A DNA stretch of 49,053 bases from the NCBI GenBank assembly GCA_030167865.1, contig JALAGF010003320.1:1-49053 (forward strand). Reading direction: 5' to 3'. The notes under the pieces are model-generated. The model was not told the origin of the DNA, made no database searches, and saw only the letters and a program-made list of their open reading frames with translations. Positions 34,143 through 44,744 of the stretch are shown piece after piece. Numbering within the stretch: the stretch's first letter is position 1; every line of letters starts with the position of its first letter. The translations under genes were made by a program, and so were the position numbers. The DNA comes from Craspedostauros australis. Lineage: Eukaryota.

Positions 34143-34624
34143 GGATAGTAGATCAGGAACCCATTGCAAATCCCCTTCCTTGGAGAGCATCGTGGTCTGA
34201 AGAAGGCCATCTCAAAGAAAAGCCGAAACTGCGGCGGTGTTGATGAACTCGTAGAGTACCCCAGAGCAGCACCCACTCAATGATGCACTGTCTTGCTGTG
34301 CGTGGATCAATGCAATATCTGTGTCGAGTAGAGGAGAAGCACTGGGTAGGTTTCCTCACCGAAGTATTATCATGGATAAGGCTGTGCGCGATCAGAACCC
34401 AACAACTCTTCTGATGGTTTCTTTCTATCCTTGTCCGCGTAGTCTAAACCGATAAGAGTATCCAATGGATCGTCCGAATTGAATCTTGTGTTCTGTGCGT
34501 TTGGTGGCAGTTCGCGCCATTTCATACACCAATCGTCAGTGTTGGGCCAACGCCATCCTTTGCCAACAGGCAGCTGCGTATGAGATGGGGACAGAGCAAG
34601 CGCTTCAAGCTCATCGTCGAGCAC
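34143..34624 (-). pseudogene. Possible decayed coding fragment of unknown family
   Basis: An 84-aa protein-like ORF continues past in-frame TGA/TAA stops into further protein-like sequence (YFGEETYPVLLLY; in another frame VLYEFINTAAV...EGDLQWVPDLL). Family not recognised. Confidence 0.3.
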
Positions 34625-36228
34625 GTGCGCTCCACTTCACTTCACTCCACTCCGCTCTCCTCTTGTCCTTGTTCTCCTCGCTTTTGTTGTTCTGGTGGCT
34701 GCGCAAGTCAGATTTCTACCATTCTGCCGTGGTACCAATAGGGGGACGGGCGAACCTTTGAGACTTGGCGAGCCAAGTCGTTGCATTGTCGCTACTGTCG
34801 CCACTGCCACCATGGTGAAGCTTCGATGATGGTGGTTGCTCTACATTGAGAAATCGATAGGGTTGTTCAGCAAAGTAGACGAGCAGGGATCATTATGTAT
34901 TGTATGGTCGTGGAGTACAGAACATGGAAGCGCTGCATCACGTTCCTTCCATCCACGTCAAACATCAGCGGTGGAGGTGGAAGCCAGAGAAGACTTGTAG
35001 TGTGTTCTTGTTTGCAATGAATACTCCTCGTTTGCCTTGTGGTATCGTACAAACAGTTGAAGTCGATTTCAACTTTTCATCTAGGGTGAGTGCACGCAAC
35101 ATCACCTTCCTGTCTGCTTTGTATTACCATGCATTACTCTTACCCTACGCTGCTTCGTGCGTGAAGCTTCCATTTCTCATGACACTTCGCATCATGACAC
35201 CAGAGCTTCCTTTGGCAGTGGGAGGACATTCACAATGGTACAAGTACTGTATGCGGTAGCATGTCAGCCAGCAATGCATAGTACTATACGCATGTCTGCA
35301 CGAGTATCCTTGTCGTCACCTCCTCAGGTGATGATACCCCCAAGAAGCGAACTGTTCTTGCAGACATGTCACCCTTTCAAGTGATGACCCAAAAACTACG
35401 CGAAGCCCATTGCACGAAGAAGCGGAAATGGATGGAGGCGTCACCTTTTCAAGTGATTAAGGAGGCTGCCACGCACTACTACACGAGCTATGTGGAGGCA
35501 TGGCCGGATTTGGTGAACGGAAAGGCCAAGAAATCAGACCTTTGCGAAGAAGACTACTTCTCGTGTCGGGAAATGCGAGCCATGATACAACTCCTGATGC
35601 GAAAGTGCACGTGGTAATCTGCAAGAGGCGGAAGACACATTGATATCACCCATCTCTGCAGTAGCTCGTATCGTCTCGTAGCATGCTACGAGTAGTCGTA
35701 TGCGTGCCAACCAATCCGATTGCTTCTCCAGCGGAGTATTCGCACCTTCAGGAAGTAACGCATGAACGAGGAATTCCTACAGGAACGTCACGCATAGTCG
35801 TATGGTATGGTACGACTACGCACGTCGACGTACACGCTCGTACGCCAAGACTCCGCGCATCTGGTATGGCGGCTGCATTCGTTAAAAATGTCGAGGATGT
35901 GTCTCCCTCCGATGCAGTATGGCAGCTACTGGCAGCTACGAAGATGCATACATGTATGCTCGTAGGTTGTCAACCTACATACTCATGCATGCCCATGCAC
36001 GCCTCATTGTTCAATGGCACAAGCTATGGCGCAATTGACGCGGTGCCAACGCAACCTTCGCCTCGTGTGATCTCTCGTTGGCATAGCTCGCACCAATGCA
36101 CGAATTCACCTCTCCGTTTGCAAATGACCAACGCAACGCCACATTGATCTCAACTTGCGAAGACACTCCTCTCACAAATCCAATCTCCGGCAAAGAATAA
36201 TCAAGCTCGCACTTCCGCTAACGTGACA

Positions 36229-37941
36229 ATGATGAAGTTGACTCAAGCCGCCCTCTGTGTGCTGTCCATGACAGCACTCGCATCTGTCGATGCCCAACAA
36301 TCCCACCAACAACAGCACGGCATTCCCAGCTTCACCCAAGCTGCTGCCGACAAGGCCGCCACCGATGACGAGGAGTCCCTGCGCGGACGCAATCGCAAGC
36401 TGCAGGGAGGACCACCGCCGATCTCCCCACAGATCGGGAGCCTGGGGGCCTTGATCCCCATCCTCGACAAGGAGATCGCCACTCATGAAACGCCAATCGC
36501 TGTTCGACTCACCTCCTTCTACTCTGCACTGTTCTGGAACTGCATCGCCGCATTCTCCACCGACCACAAGGACATGCTCACCAGCGAGCGCCCCGTGATC
36601 ATCGTGCCCGATACCGCTGCCCACACCGATGACAACCGCTTCAAGTGTGCCGCGCAAACCACCATCTCCTACAGCTCCCTCACGGCCCCTGGCCCCGTCG
36701 AGGAGCTGGCTGCGTCGCTCGCCGCGACCGGCATGGTTCTCGAGAAGTCCCTTCCAGCTGAAGTTGCAGCGTGCGCCACTAACGATGTCGGCTGCCTCAA
36801 GGAGATCGCCGCTGACAGCAACTACGATGCCGCCATGATGGGACACGTCCTGTCCAGGCTCGCATACGACTTCTCCCTCTCCGACGGATGGAATGAGCTC
36901 GGCATGGATGACGGCTGCGTCGTCAACTGCCGCCGGTTCCGAGATACCACAGGCTATGCCCCCGTCACCCGTTCGATGAGCACCGCCGACCCCGCTTCTA
37001 GCAAGTCCTCCAAGAGCAGCAAGAGCACCCCGGGAGATCCCAACCAAGAGCGCTGGCAGCCACTCACGGAAGACAACGGCAAGGGATTCTTCGTCATGCA
37101 GGAGCACGTCACGCCGCACATCGGGCAGAAGGCCAAGTTCCGTTTCCTCCCCGAATCTGACCGCACCGAGCGCAACGCCCCCGAGCCAACCTACTCCCTC
37201 AACCGCTACGTTGAAGCCTTCGAAGTCATCGAGCGCATGGCCGCGCTGGATGATCGCAGCAAGATCGAGGTCGAAGTCTTCGATAACAAGCAGCTGATCG
37301 GCGGCACCGTCCTGAACAACTTCATCGGCAAGTTGCTATCCTCGCCAGACTTCGTCGACACCGAACTTGGCATCGACGGATTGGTGATCTCGTACGAGCG
37401 ATTCGTTCATTTCGCGACCGGATTCGTCGTGGCTGAGTTCGACGCCGTCGTCATCGCATGGAAGGAGAAGGTCAAATTCGACCTCATCCGCCCCACCACC
37501 CTCATCAAGCGGGCAGACTTCCCACAGGAGATGATCACCACCTGGTACGCCGGAGTGGGCAACGGTCCTCTCATGCCCTTCCGCAACGACGACTTCGAGG
37601 CCTACATCCGTGTCATGCCTCACTCCGAATACGTCTCCGGTTCGGCCTGCATCTTCCAATCCATCGGCGAGTTCGTCGATGGGTACATGGAGAAACTTGG
37701 CCTGGCCGACCCAACCTTCCCTGTCGTCTTCGCCCCGATCGACACCAGCGTCGTCGAGCCAGGTCTTGTACCATCCCAGCCAGTCCAATTGAGCTACGCC
37801 ACAATGAGCGAGATGGTGCTGGCTGGTAGCCTCTCCAGATTCAACGGCGGCATGCACTTCCGCGAGTCCGTTCCAGCGGCCTTGGAATTGTGCAGCGGCA
37901 TTGGCTATGCGGACCTCGAGGGTATGTTCAACTTGATCTAA
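36229..37941 (+). CDS. Secreted vanadium-dependent haloperoxidase-like / PAP2-superfamily protein (bacterial DUF6851 type)
   Basis: Signal peptide and pro-region ending SLRGRNRKL. Motifs WKEKVKFDLIRP, MPHSEYVSGS and SRFNGGMHF, plus FRDTTGYAP and WQPLTE. Intronless. Confidence 0.85.
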   Translation: MMKLTQAALCVLSMTALASVDAQQSHQQQHGIPSFTQAAADKAATDDEESLRGRNRKLQGGPPPISPQIGSLGALIPILDKEIATHETPIAVRLTSFYSALFWNCIAAFSTDHKDMLTSERPVIIVPDTAAHTDDNRFKCAAQTTISYSSLTAPGPVEELAASLAATGMVLEKSLPAEVAACATNDVGCLKEIAADSNYDAAMMGHVLSRLAYDFSLSDGWNELGMDDGCVVNCRRFRDTTGYAPVTRSMSTADPASSKSSKSSKSTPGDPNQERWQPLTEDNGKGFFVMQEHVTPHIGQKAKFRFLPESDRTERNAPEPTYSLNRYVEAFEVIERMAALDDRSKIEVEVFDNKQLIGGTVLNNFIGKLLSSPDFVDTELGIDGLVISYERFVHFATGFVVAEFDAVVIAWKEKVKFDLIRPTTLIKRADFPQEMITTWYAGVGNGPLMPFRNDDFEAYIRVMPHSEYVSGSACIFQSIGEFVDGYMEKLGLADPTFPVVFAPIDTSVVEPGLVPSQPVQLSYATMSEMVLAGSLSRFNGGMHFRESVPAALELCSGIGYADLEGMFNLI

Positions 37942-38386
37942 GTGGACATGTTTGTGCTATCGTAAGCTACAATCAAGTGAACGACCGACCGATCAACCAA
38001 CGATGAGAGCAAAGAATGGCCTGTCAGTGGTGGCCTAGGTGGTTGGAGCGATCACACTCTTGTGCGGCCGTGGCTCTTTCCCTTCTGTCGCTAGAAAGTC
38101 AAACAAGACATGTGGCGTACAAGCGCGCTGTTAGTGAATAATATATGCATGGAGCTATGCAATAAATAAGAAAGAACAAACAAGGAGTTCATAGATACTG
38201 TTGCTACTCCTGGTAGTATTACACTTGCAACAGGTCATGATATGGTTGAACAACAACAGCAACAACGTCATCGCTACCAGGAATAGTTCAGCAGACAGTC
38301 TATCTCTCTCCCTCATTCCTTCGGTGTCTCGTCACCAATGTCGCTGCAAGTGGGTTCGCCATTGCATAGGCATATACGTACGAGAT

Positions 38387-39601
38387 TCACGTCTTGGGAA
38401 CGATGCTATCCCCGATCCAGAATCGAAGCACGTTGGGATGGTTGTGAAAATCCTTCGTGCCTGCACCAATCCCGATCTTGCGAATCGTAAAGTCTGGCGG
38501 ACGTCCCGCGATCTTGATCTTGCCATCCGGTGCACACGTCGCGACCAAGGTCTTCAACAACGCCGCACCTGTCGGCGTCACCAATTCGCCGGTCACACCG
38601 GGCGGTCCGCTGCATGTGGGCATGTCGGTCAGCAATCGCAACGTGGCAGGTGCTGGTACAGGCAGCAATCCATGATCCGTCCATACCGTGCCTTCTCCGA
38701 TCGGCAAGCGGCTGCAGGTGACTGTGGTGACGTTCCACAGCCACAATGCCAGCAAGGTGCCGACGGTGTCGACGATGGAATCCACGGCGCCAACCTCATG
38801 GAAGTGGACGGCATCCTCGGATGCCGCGCCGTGCGTCTTGGCCTCGGCTTGCGCCAGGACGGTGAAGGATGCGATCGCCTTCTCCTTGACCCATGTCGGA
38901 ATGTATTCCTCCGGAGCATCCTCCAACATCTTGCGAATCTGTGGCAAGTTTCGCAATGGACCTTTGGCGTTGCTGTGGTCGTGAGAATGGGAATGGCCAT
39001 GATCGTGCGAATGGGAGTGATCATGGTCATGTGCGTGATCGACTTTCTTTGCGCGGTCGTGGGAGTCGGTGTGGTCATGTGAATGCGAGTGGTCATGTGA
39101 ATGCGAATTATCAAGTTCCTTCTCTTTGTGCCTGTGGTCATGCGAATGAGAGTGGCCATGGCCATGGCCCTTCTCTTCTTTGTGATCATGTGAATGGTCA
39201 TGCTCCTTCACTTTGTGATCATGTTCCTTCACTTCGTGAGAATGTGAATGATCATGTTTCAATTTCTCCGTGTCGGTTTTGTGTACATGATCATGTGAGT
39301 GTTCATGCTCCGTCTCAGCCTTGTCCGCGCCTGGCACAGGCGCCGGTGCATGATGATACTGGCTATGCACTTGCACGTGCGTTGCCGCGATGCGTCCCAT
39401 GCCACGCCAAACACGCGATGTTTCAATGGAGAATTCATCCCCCAGCATGCCATGATGCAACCGATGGGCAATGTCACGCAGCAGGGCATCGGGGTCATCG
39501 GCGGCATCGAGACATGATGCCATCAACATGTCGCCGGCGGCGCCCGAGAAGCAATCCCAGTGGGCGTGGGAGGTGGATGCGGGGCGTTGCCATTGCGCCA
39601 T
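38387..39601 (-). CDS. larC: LarC-family nickel insertase (NPN cofactor biosynthesis), N-terminal domain with a long His-rich insert
   Basis: HWDCFSGAAGDML, VHFHEVGAVDSIVD, HGLLPVPAPAT, ELVTPTGAALL and GIGAGTKDF..PNVLR. His-rich tract at 38972-39310. Confidence 0.93.
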   Translation of the reverse strand: MAQWQRPASTSHAHWDCFSGAAGDMLMASCLDAADDPDALLRDIAHRLHHGMLGDEFSIETSRVWRGMGRIAATHVQVHSQYHHAPAPVPGADKAETEHEHSHDHVHKTDTEKLKHDHSHSHEVKEHDHKVKEHDHSHDHKEEKGHGHGHSHSHDHRHKEKELDNSHSHDHSHSHDHTDSHDRAKKVDHAHDHDHSHSHDHGHSHSHDHSNAKGPLRNLPQIRKMLEDAPEEYIPTWVKEKAIASFTVLAQAEAKTHGAASEDAVHFHEVGAVDSIVDTVGTLLALWLWNVTTVTCSRLPIGEGTVWTDHGLLPVPAPATLRLLTDMPTCSGPPGVTGELVTPTGAALLKTLVATCAPDGKIKIAGRPPDFTIRKIGIGAGTKDFHNHPNVLRFWIGDSIVPKT

Positions 39602-39731
39602 CGTGGGTTTTGTGTTTGCGCCGATCCACGTTTTTTTGTGGCAAAGAAGAAAGATTCGTGTGGACAAGATTTGCCATCACACGCTACGGTCACAAAACTA
39701 GGTAAAATGTAACATTGGCTCCCCATTTTAC

Positions 39732-41006
39732 CTACTTGTCCTTGCGATTTCTCTTCGTGGGAGATTCGAGGTTCCCTTCCGATTCATCGTGGGCGCGCTT
39801 CTTCTCCTCGTCATCCTGCTCCTCGTCCATTCGCGTCGGCGAGGATCGTGGCGACGACCGCGGCGATCCCTTCTTCTCCGATGATCGCGGGCTCTTGCCT
39901 CTCGCCGTCAGGGTGGCGCAATGGCGACTGGCGATCTCGTCTTCCTCCATGAAGCGCTTGCGATCCTGCTCCTCCATGTCCATGAACTTGCTGCGATCGT
40001 CTTCGGATGCGTCCTCCCATGCCTTCATGAGGCGGGAGTTGAGGTTGGTGTTGACAAGGCACGGGTCCAGGCGGTCGTTGGGTCCAGCGCGCACGGACCG
40101 CCGCACTTCCTCCTCGGCCTTCTTGAGGAATTCATCCTTCCTGTTGCTGACGAAGAAATGGAAATCCGTGCGAATGGGTTTCACATCCTCCGGGTTGAGC
40201 TCCATCATGGCGTTGGCGCGCAGCCGTTCCACCTCCATGGAATCGGCCACGAGCTTGTTCGTAGGCGGCGTGATGCCCTGCATGCCGCCATTCACAGTGC
40301 TGGGCGATGATCGTGGCGATGCGGATTGTGCCCTGGGAGGGCTGGGATTCACGCTGGCGCTGCCCGAAGAGTCGCGTCTGCTCATCGCCTCGTTGGGTCG
40401 ATAAGGTGAGTTTGCGTTGCGAAGGTGCATGTGTCCCGGAGGTGGTTGGGATTGTGGATTCTGGGCGGATGGCGAGCCATGCGGGTAGGAGTGATCGTAT
40501 CCGTATCCATACGGAGGTAGCGGCGCCCCATGACCACCAAATCCGTACGCGGGAGGATAGGACGGTGGCGGCGGTCCCCCGTATCCGTTGCTGGTTGGGC
40601 TGGAATTATTGGATGCTCCAGGATTGGAAGGTCCCGCACTTCCGTTTCCATTGCCTCGGCTGGGTCCCGTGGGCGATCCGCCTGGTGGTGGTGCATGCGG
40701 CGCGTATGGATGATGTGGCGATGATGATGTCTGGAGAGGAATGGCACCACCGAATGCTCCGGGTTGACCATGAGCATGTGGAGGTGGGTGACCGTAACCC
40801 GGTGGAAAGTGCGGATGCCCGTGCGGATGCCCGGGAACGTATGCTGCTCCTGCCGGTGGTGGCGGTCCGCCTGGATAGCCTCCAGGACGTCGACCGGCGA
40901 AGGGTCCGCCCCATTGCGGTGCATGGGGCTCACCGGTCGGCGATCCACCTGCTCCCTGCTGTGGTGGCATTGTATTGTCTGGTGCGCTGCTCACTTCAAC
41001 AGCCAT
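39732..41006 (-). CDS. HMG-box protein with a Pro/Gly/His-rich low-complexity N-terminus
   Basis: HMG-box pattern KPIRTDFHFFV...RLMKAWEDASEDDRSKFMDMEEQDRKRFMEE, with SPR repeats. Confidence 0.82.
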   Translation of the reverse strand: MAVEVSSAPDNTMPPQQGAGGSPTGEPHAPQWGGPFAGRRPGGYPGGPPPPAGAAYVPGHPHGHPHFPPGYGHPPPHAHGQPGAFGGAIPLQTSSSPHHPYAPHAPPPGGSPTGPSRGNGNGSAGPSNPGASNNSSPTSNGYGGPPPPSYPPAYGFGGHGAPLPPYGYGYDHSYPHGSPSAQNPQSQPPPGHMHLRNANSPYRPNEAMSRRDSSGSASVNPSPPRAQSASPRSSPSTVNGGMQGITPPTNKLVADSMEVERLRANAMMELNPEDVKPIRTDFHFFVSNRKDEFLKKAEEEVRRSVRAGPNDRLDPCLVNTNLNSRLMKAWEDASEDDRSKFMDMEEQDRKRFMEEDEIASRHCATLTARGKSPRSSEKKGSPRSSPRSSPTRMDEEQDDEEKKRAHDESEGNLESPTKRNRKDK

Positions 41007-41208
41007 TGAAAGTTGATGCGGTTATTGTTGGTTGTTGGTTGCTGCTGCTCGTCAATTCGATTCACTTCACGAGATGCTTGGCGTTCTTTCACTTGCGCTC
41101 TTCGGTAATGAAAGGGATCCGCAGTTGATGTCGGGGATGGTATAGAACAATGAGCACTTCGCAGATGGTAGCAATAATCCAATGATTGATCTGTTCCTTT
41201 CACCGTAT

Positions 41209-41239
<31 letters not shown>

Positions 41240-42113
41240 AACGGTTTTGTGCAGTATGGTGTATTGACCTTGTGTGAATAGCAACCACAATGATCTCGCC
41301 GCAGAATTCAAGATGCCGCTTTCGTTGCTTTGTACACACCGTGATCTCTCTCTTTCTTTCTTATTCGTTCGCTCCTTTCGCTAATGATATGGAGTATTGA
41401 ATCGCCCAACAGAGTGCAATGGAGAGTAACTTGCTTTCGTTTGACCAACTGACTGAGTGATTGATTGACTGGCTGACTGTGTGCACGATGCATCCAAGAA
41501 TGCAGATAGGAAGCGTGAAGCCAATCGTCGCAGAACCAGCCGTGGAGCAACACGCCAATCCGAAGAATTAGCGAAGAGTGTGGGAAAAGCAACGAGAAGA
41601 GTGTTGGATGTGAGATCGTGTATTGTCGCCGTCGCTGTCGCTGCCGTGGCAGTTACATTCCATCACACGATGATCTCACTGAAGAAAACACACACAAGCT
41701 GACACGCGTTGCGGGGAGTCGCCATTCTCGATCCACGATGGTTTCAATCCGAGCGAAGACACCATAGAAATCCACGACCTCCCGTTCGGATGCAACGGAG
41801 ACCTTTGTCGTGTGGCCAAACATGTTGCAGTCCGTGCATTGCCGTTCGCCTTTTCTCTGTTCTCGTTGGCGCAACACGTTGCTGTGATTGCATTTGCGCT
41901 CACCTGCAAAGACCTTCGTTTGATGCTCCTTCTTGCAAGTTGGCTGTTGTATTTGTATGGCTTTGTATGGCTTTGTATGGCTTGGTTCGGATTGATCTTC
42001 GGTTGCTGTCTCTAACTCAATCGCTTCCTGTCATTCCAATCCTTTGATGTCACAGATGGGATGCCCTCTTGCCTTGTTCTTTCTTTCCTTCGTCGCAGGA
42101 AGATCTTCTTGCA

Positions 42114-42145
<32 letters not shown>

Positions 42146-43047
42146 TTGACTCCAAGAAGGCATGGACACGGCAAGGCACAACGAAGGGAACGCTTCCAAG
42201 AAAGCAAATGATGACACCAAGAAGGTGAAGCGCAACGAGGCAACACCACACAGATTCAAAAAGCAATTCATCGCCCAGCGCCTCCGTTGTGAATCGGTTG
42301 CGCTGTTCAACGTAAAAACAGTGGTTGCGGTTCAAATCAATTGATGTCCCTCGACCAATAATGAAATTTTAATATCACCTTCAAGTGTTAATAAAATAGA
42401 TAATTCCGTTGAACATCATACTTAGCACAAGTTGTGAACAATGCGACATGATTTTGGCCAATGAACATCAAAAATGGCATTCATTTGGTCACACGGCGCA
42501 CCCATTCATTCGTGTTGGTCGGCGCACTTCGCGAGACACGAGAGAAGCTAACAAAGTACCTTGGCCATTTGAATGACGTGGATTAGTCGGGATCCTTTCG
42601 AGACGTCCATGCGATGACCAAGTTGCGTTGTGTTGACCTCGCAAAAACCCAAACTGTCGTGCTGTTCCAAACACAGCACAGAGATGAACCCAAACACAGC
42701 ACACATGTGGAGATGATGGAGACCGGACTGGCTGTGTGTCACGTCGAACCTTCTCTTCTCCGCGTTGTTGGCTGCCGCAAACGACGGAACAGATTCGGAG
42801 ACCTTCCATGAATCTTCCGAATGTCCAGAGATCGAGTCGGTGATTCAGGGTGGGCAAAGACAAGAGCGTTCGCATCATTGCCCGAGACCACAAAGTCGGT
42901 CTGAACCAAACGACGCCGAACTGGACAAGAGAACAGAGAGCCGGTCTTCATTCCGATCCTCCATCATCGTGGCCGCCATCACCGCAACGGCGACTATCGT
43001 GATAACGACAACCAGCACCCGACCAACTGATTGCAAACGCTCACAAG

Positions 43048-44414
43048 ATGCTGAGAATATCCGGCAGAGCCTTGAATGGCGGCAATGTGGGACGCCTCCT
43101 ATCGAACGAATCCACGAGATTCGGCACTGCGATAAGCAGGCTTGGTGGACGTCCGACCAGTGCTGTTGGAGATAGAATGATGGCAATGACAATGTTGACG
43201 ACGACGGGGACGACGAGGAGAGGCGTCAGCCACCTTGTGGTTTCCAACAATGCCGTACTACCACCATTGGCCGTCATGATGCCTGCACGTTTCAAGTCCA
43301 CTCTGCCACCACCGTCGTCATCATCGGCATCATTGTCGTCATCGGCAACCCCCGACAAATCGAACAAGAAGGATGACGGCACCACCGCCGCAGCCCCGCC
43401 CACCCTCATGCAACGCATGCGCGCATTCCCGCAAGGCGTCAAAGAACTGTACCGAGATTGCATGCTGTACCGACACATTCAGGATGCTGCCGACACGCCC
43501 ATCAATGCCTGGACGCAGACGGGCGTACCACGCCGTGCCTTCCAACAGCAACGTCAATTGCGTGCCGACGTTTCCGCAATGCTGCCCCTCATCTTGCTGT
43601 ACATCCCGCCCATCGTGGGCTTCATACCGCCGCTGCTCGCGGCATTCTGTCCACGGCAAGTGCTGACACGTCACTTCCACAACGACTTCGAGATTCGAGC
43701 CTACGCCGAGCAGGAATCTCGACAGCGCATGGCATCGTACGAAGGATTGGCGCAGTGCATCCCAATGTCATCGCCACACGATGCGGTGCGATTGTATCGC
43801 ACAGTATTTGCAGCATCGGCAGACCACGATCGTGTGCGGTCGGTCCAAGCGCTGTCGCGGGATCATTTGGTACGTACGACTACGAGTAGATGATGCTGGT
43901 ATACGCGTGCATGTACGCACCCAGTCACGCGATGGTGAAGCGATGAACGCGTAACTGTGTTTCAACTGTATACTGTCTTCATCGCCTCCGACATTGCCTG
44001 CTCACATCTTCATGATGCGTACATTGCATTCCCCGCCTTGCATTCCCACAACAGATCCATTTATCGTTGTCCATCGGCATTCACCAACACCTGCCACATT
44101 GGATGAGCACGACGCTGAATCAATCTTCGCCTTCGTGGTATCTGCGACAGCACATTGCGCGTGTGGGGCAGATGGTGACGCAAGATGACGCGATTTTGCT
44201 CCAAGAAGGATACGATAACCTGACGGACATCGAAGTCATGGACGCCTGCCTCATGCGTGGGTTGCCAATCGACGCGTCCATGCGTGAGTCGCTGCGGGAT
44301 CATTTGGAGACGATTGCCGCCGTGCGACAGGAAGCGGAGCTCGACGAAGCATTCCGGTTGTTCACGTTGCATCTGGCGCCTTTGCGGGCGGCATGGCAAC
44401 GTCGGACAAGCTGA
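43048..44414 (+). CDS. LETM1-domain (LETMD1-like) mitochondrial protein; exons 43048-43869 and 44055-44414
   Basis: Basic presequence, GVKELYRD, PLILLYIPPIVGF...PRQVLTRHF and DDAILLQEG...EVMDACLMRGL. A GTACGT...ACAG intron (43870-44054) keeps the frame. The start codon is uncertain. Confidence 0.85.
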
Positions 44415-44744
44415 AGCGTTCAGTGAAGCAGCAGGTATTAGTACGGTGGAGCTAGTCCACGTGTTTTATGTCTGCATGCCAAACTTGACAATGACGGTCG
44501 CATGCTCGGGCGTGCACACGAGTATAATAGTTAGAGTAGATTCAGATTAGTTCTTCAGTATAGAAATTGCACATGGTCGAGACACAATCGCGGGCAACAA
44601 GGAACAAAATCGCGGTTCCACAATACCTACACAAGAGTGAGAGAAGGGACACAAGCAAACTCTGCCCTGCTTTTCTCGTAATTCATGCGCATGCATCTAT
44701 GTTTGTATTTGTGTGACTATAGCAAACGACTATACTCTACGACA

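Noticed and set aside
35315-35457. Mini-CRISPR (three repeats with spacers)
   Set aside because: The repeats are only 18 bp and degenerate, and the spacers are unequal and similar to each other. A coding repeat explains it better.
37942-38386. LarC2 reached by programmed frameshift or splicing
   Set aside because: Alternative frames close quickly (for example a stop at 38332), and no LarC C-terminal motifs are visible in this UTR-like gap.
36229-39601. Bacterial contamination as the source of the haloperoxidase-like and larC genes
   Set aside because: They are contiguous with intron-containing eukaryotic genes, and the haloperoxidase-like gene has a diatom-style signal and RxL leader with host-like codon usage.
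39601-39740. HMG-box-LarC fusion through a GTAGGT donor at the HMG stop
   Set aside because: The two available TAG acceptors give either an immediate stop or the wrong frame.
41209-42140. Microsatellites ((CTG)n, (TTTGTATGGC)3, (GATT)n; also (CAA)n near 6983-7006 and (AGAGT)n near 1350)
   Set aside because: Ordinary simple repeats in UTR or intergenic DNA.
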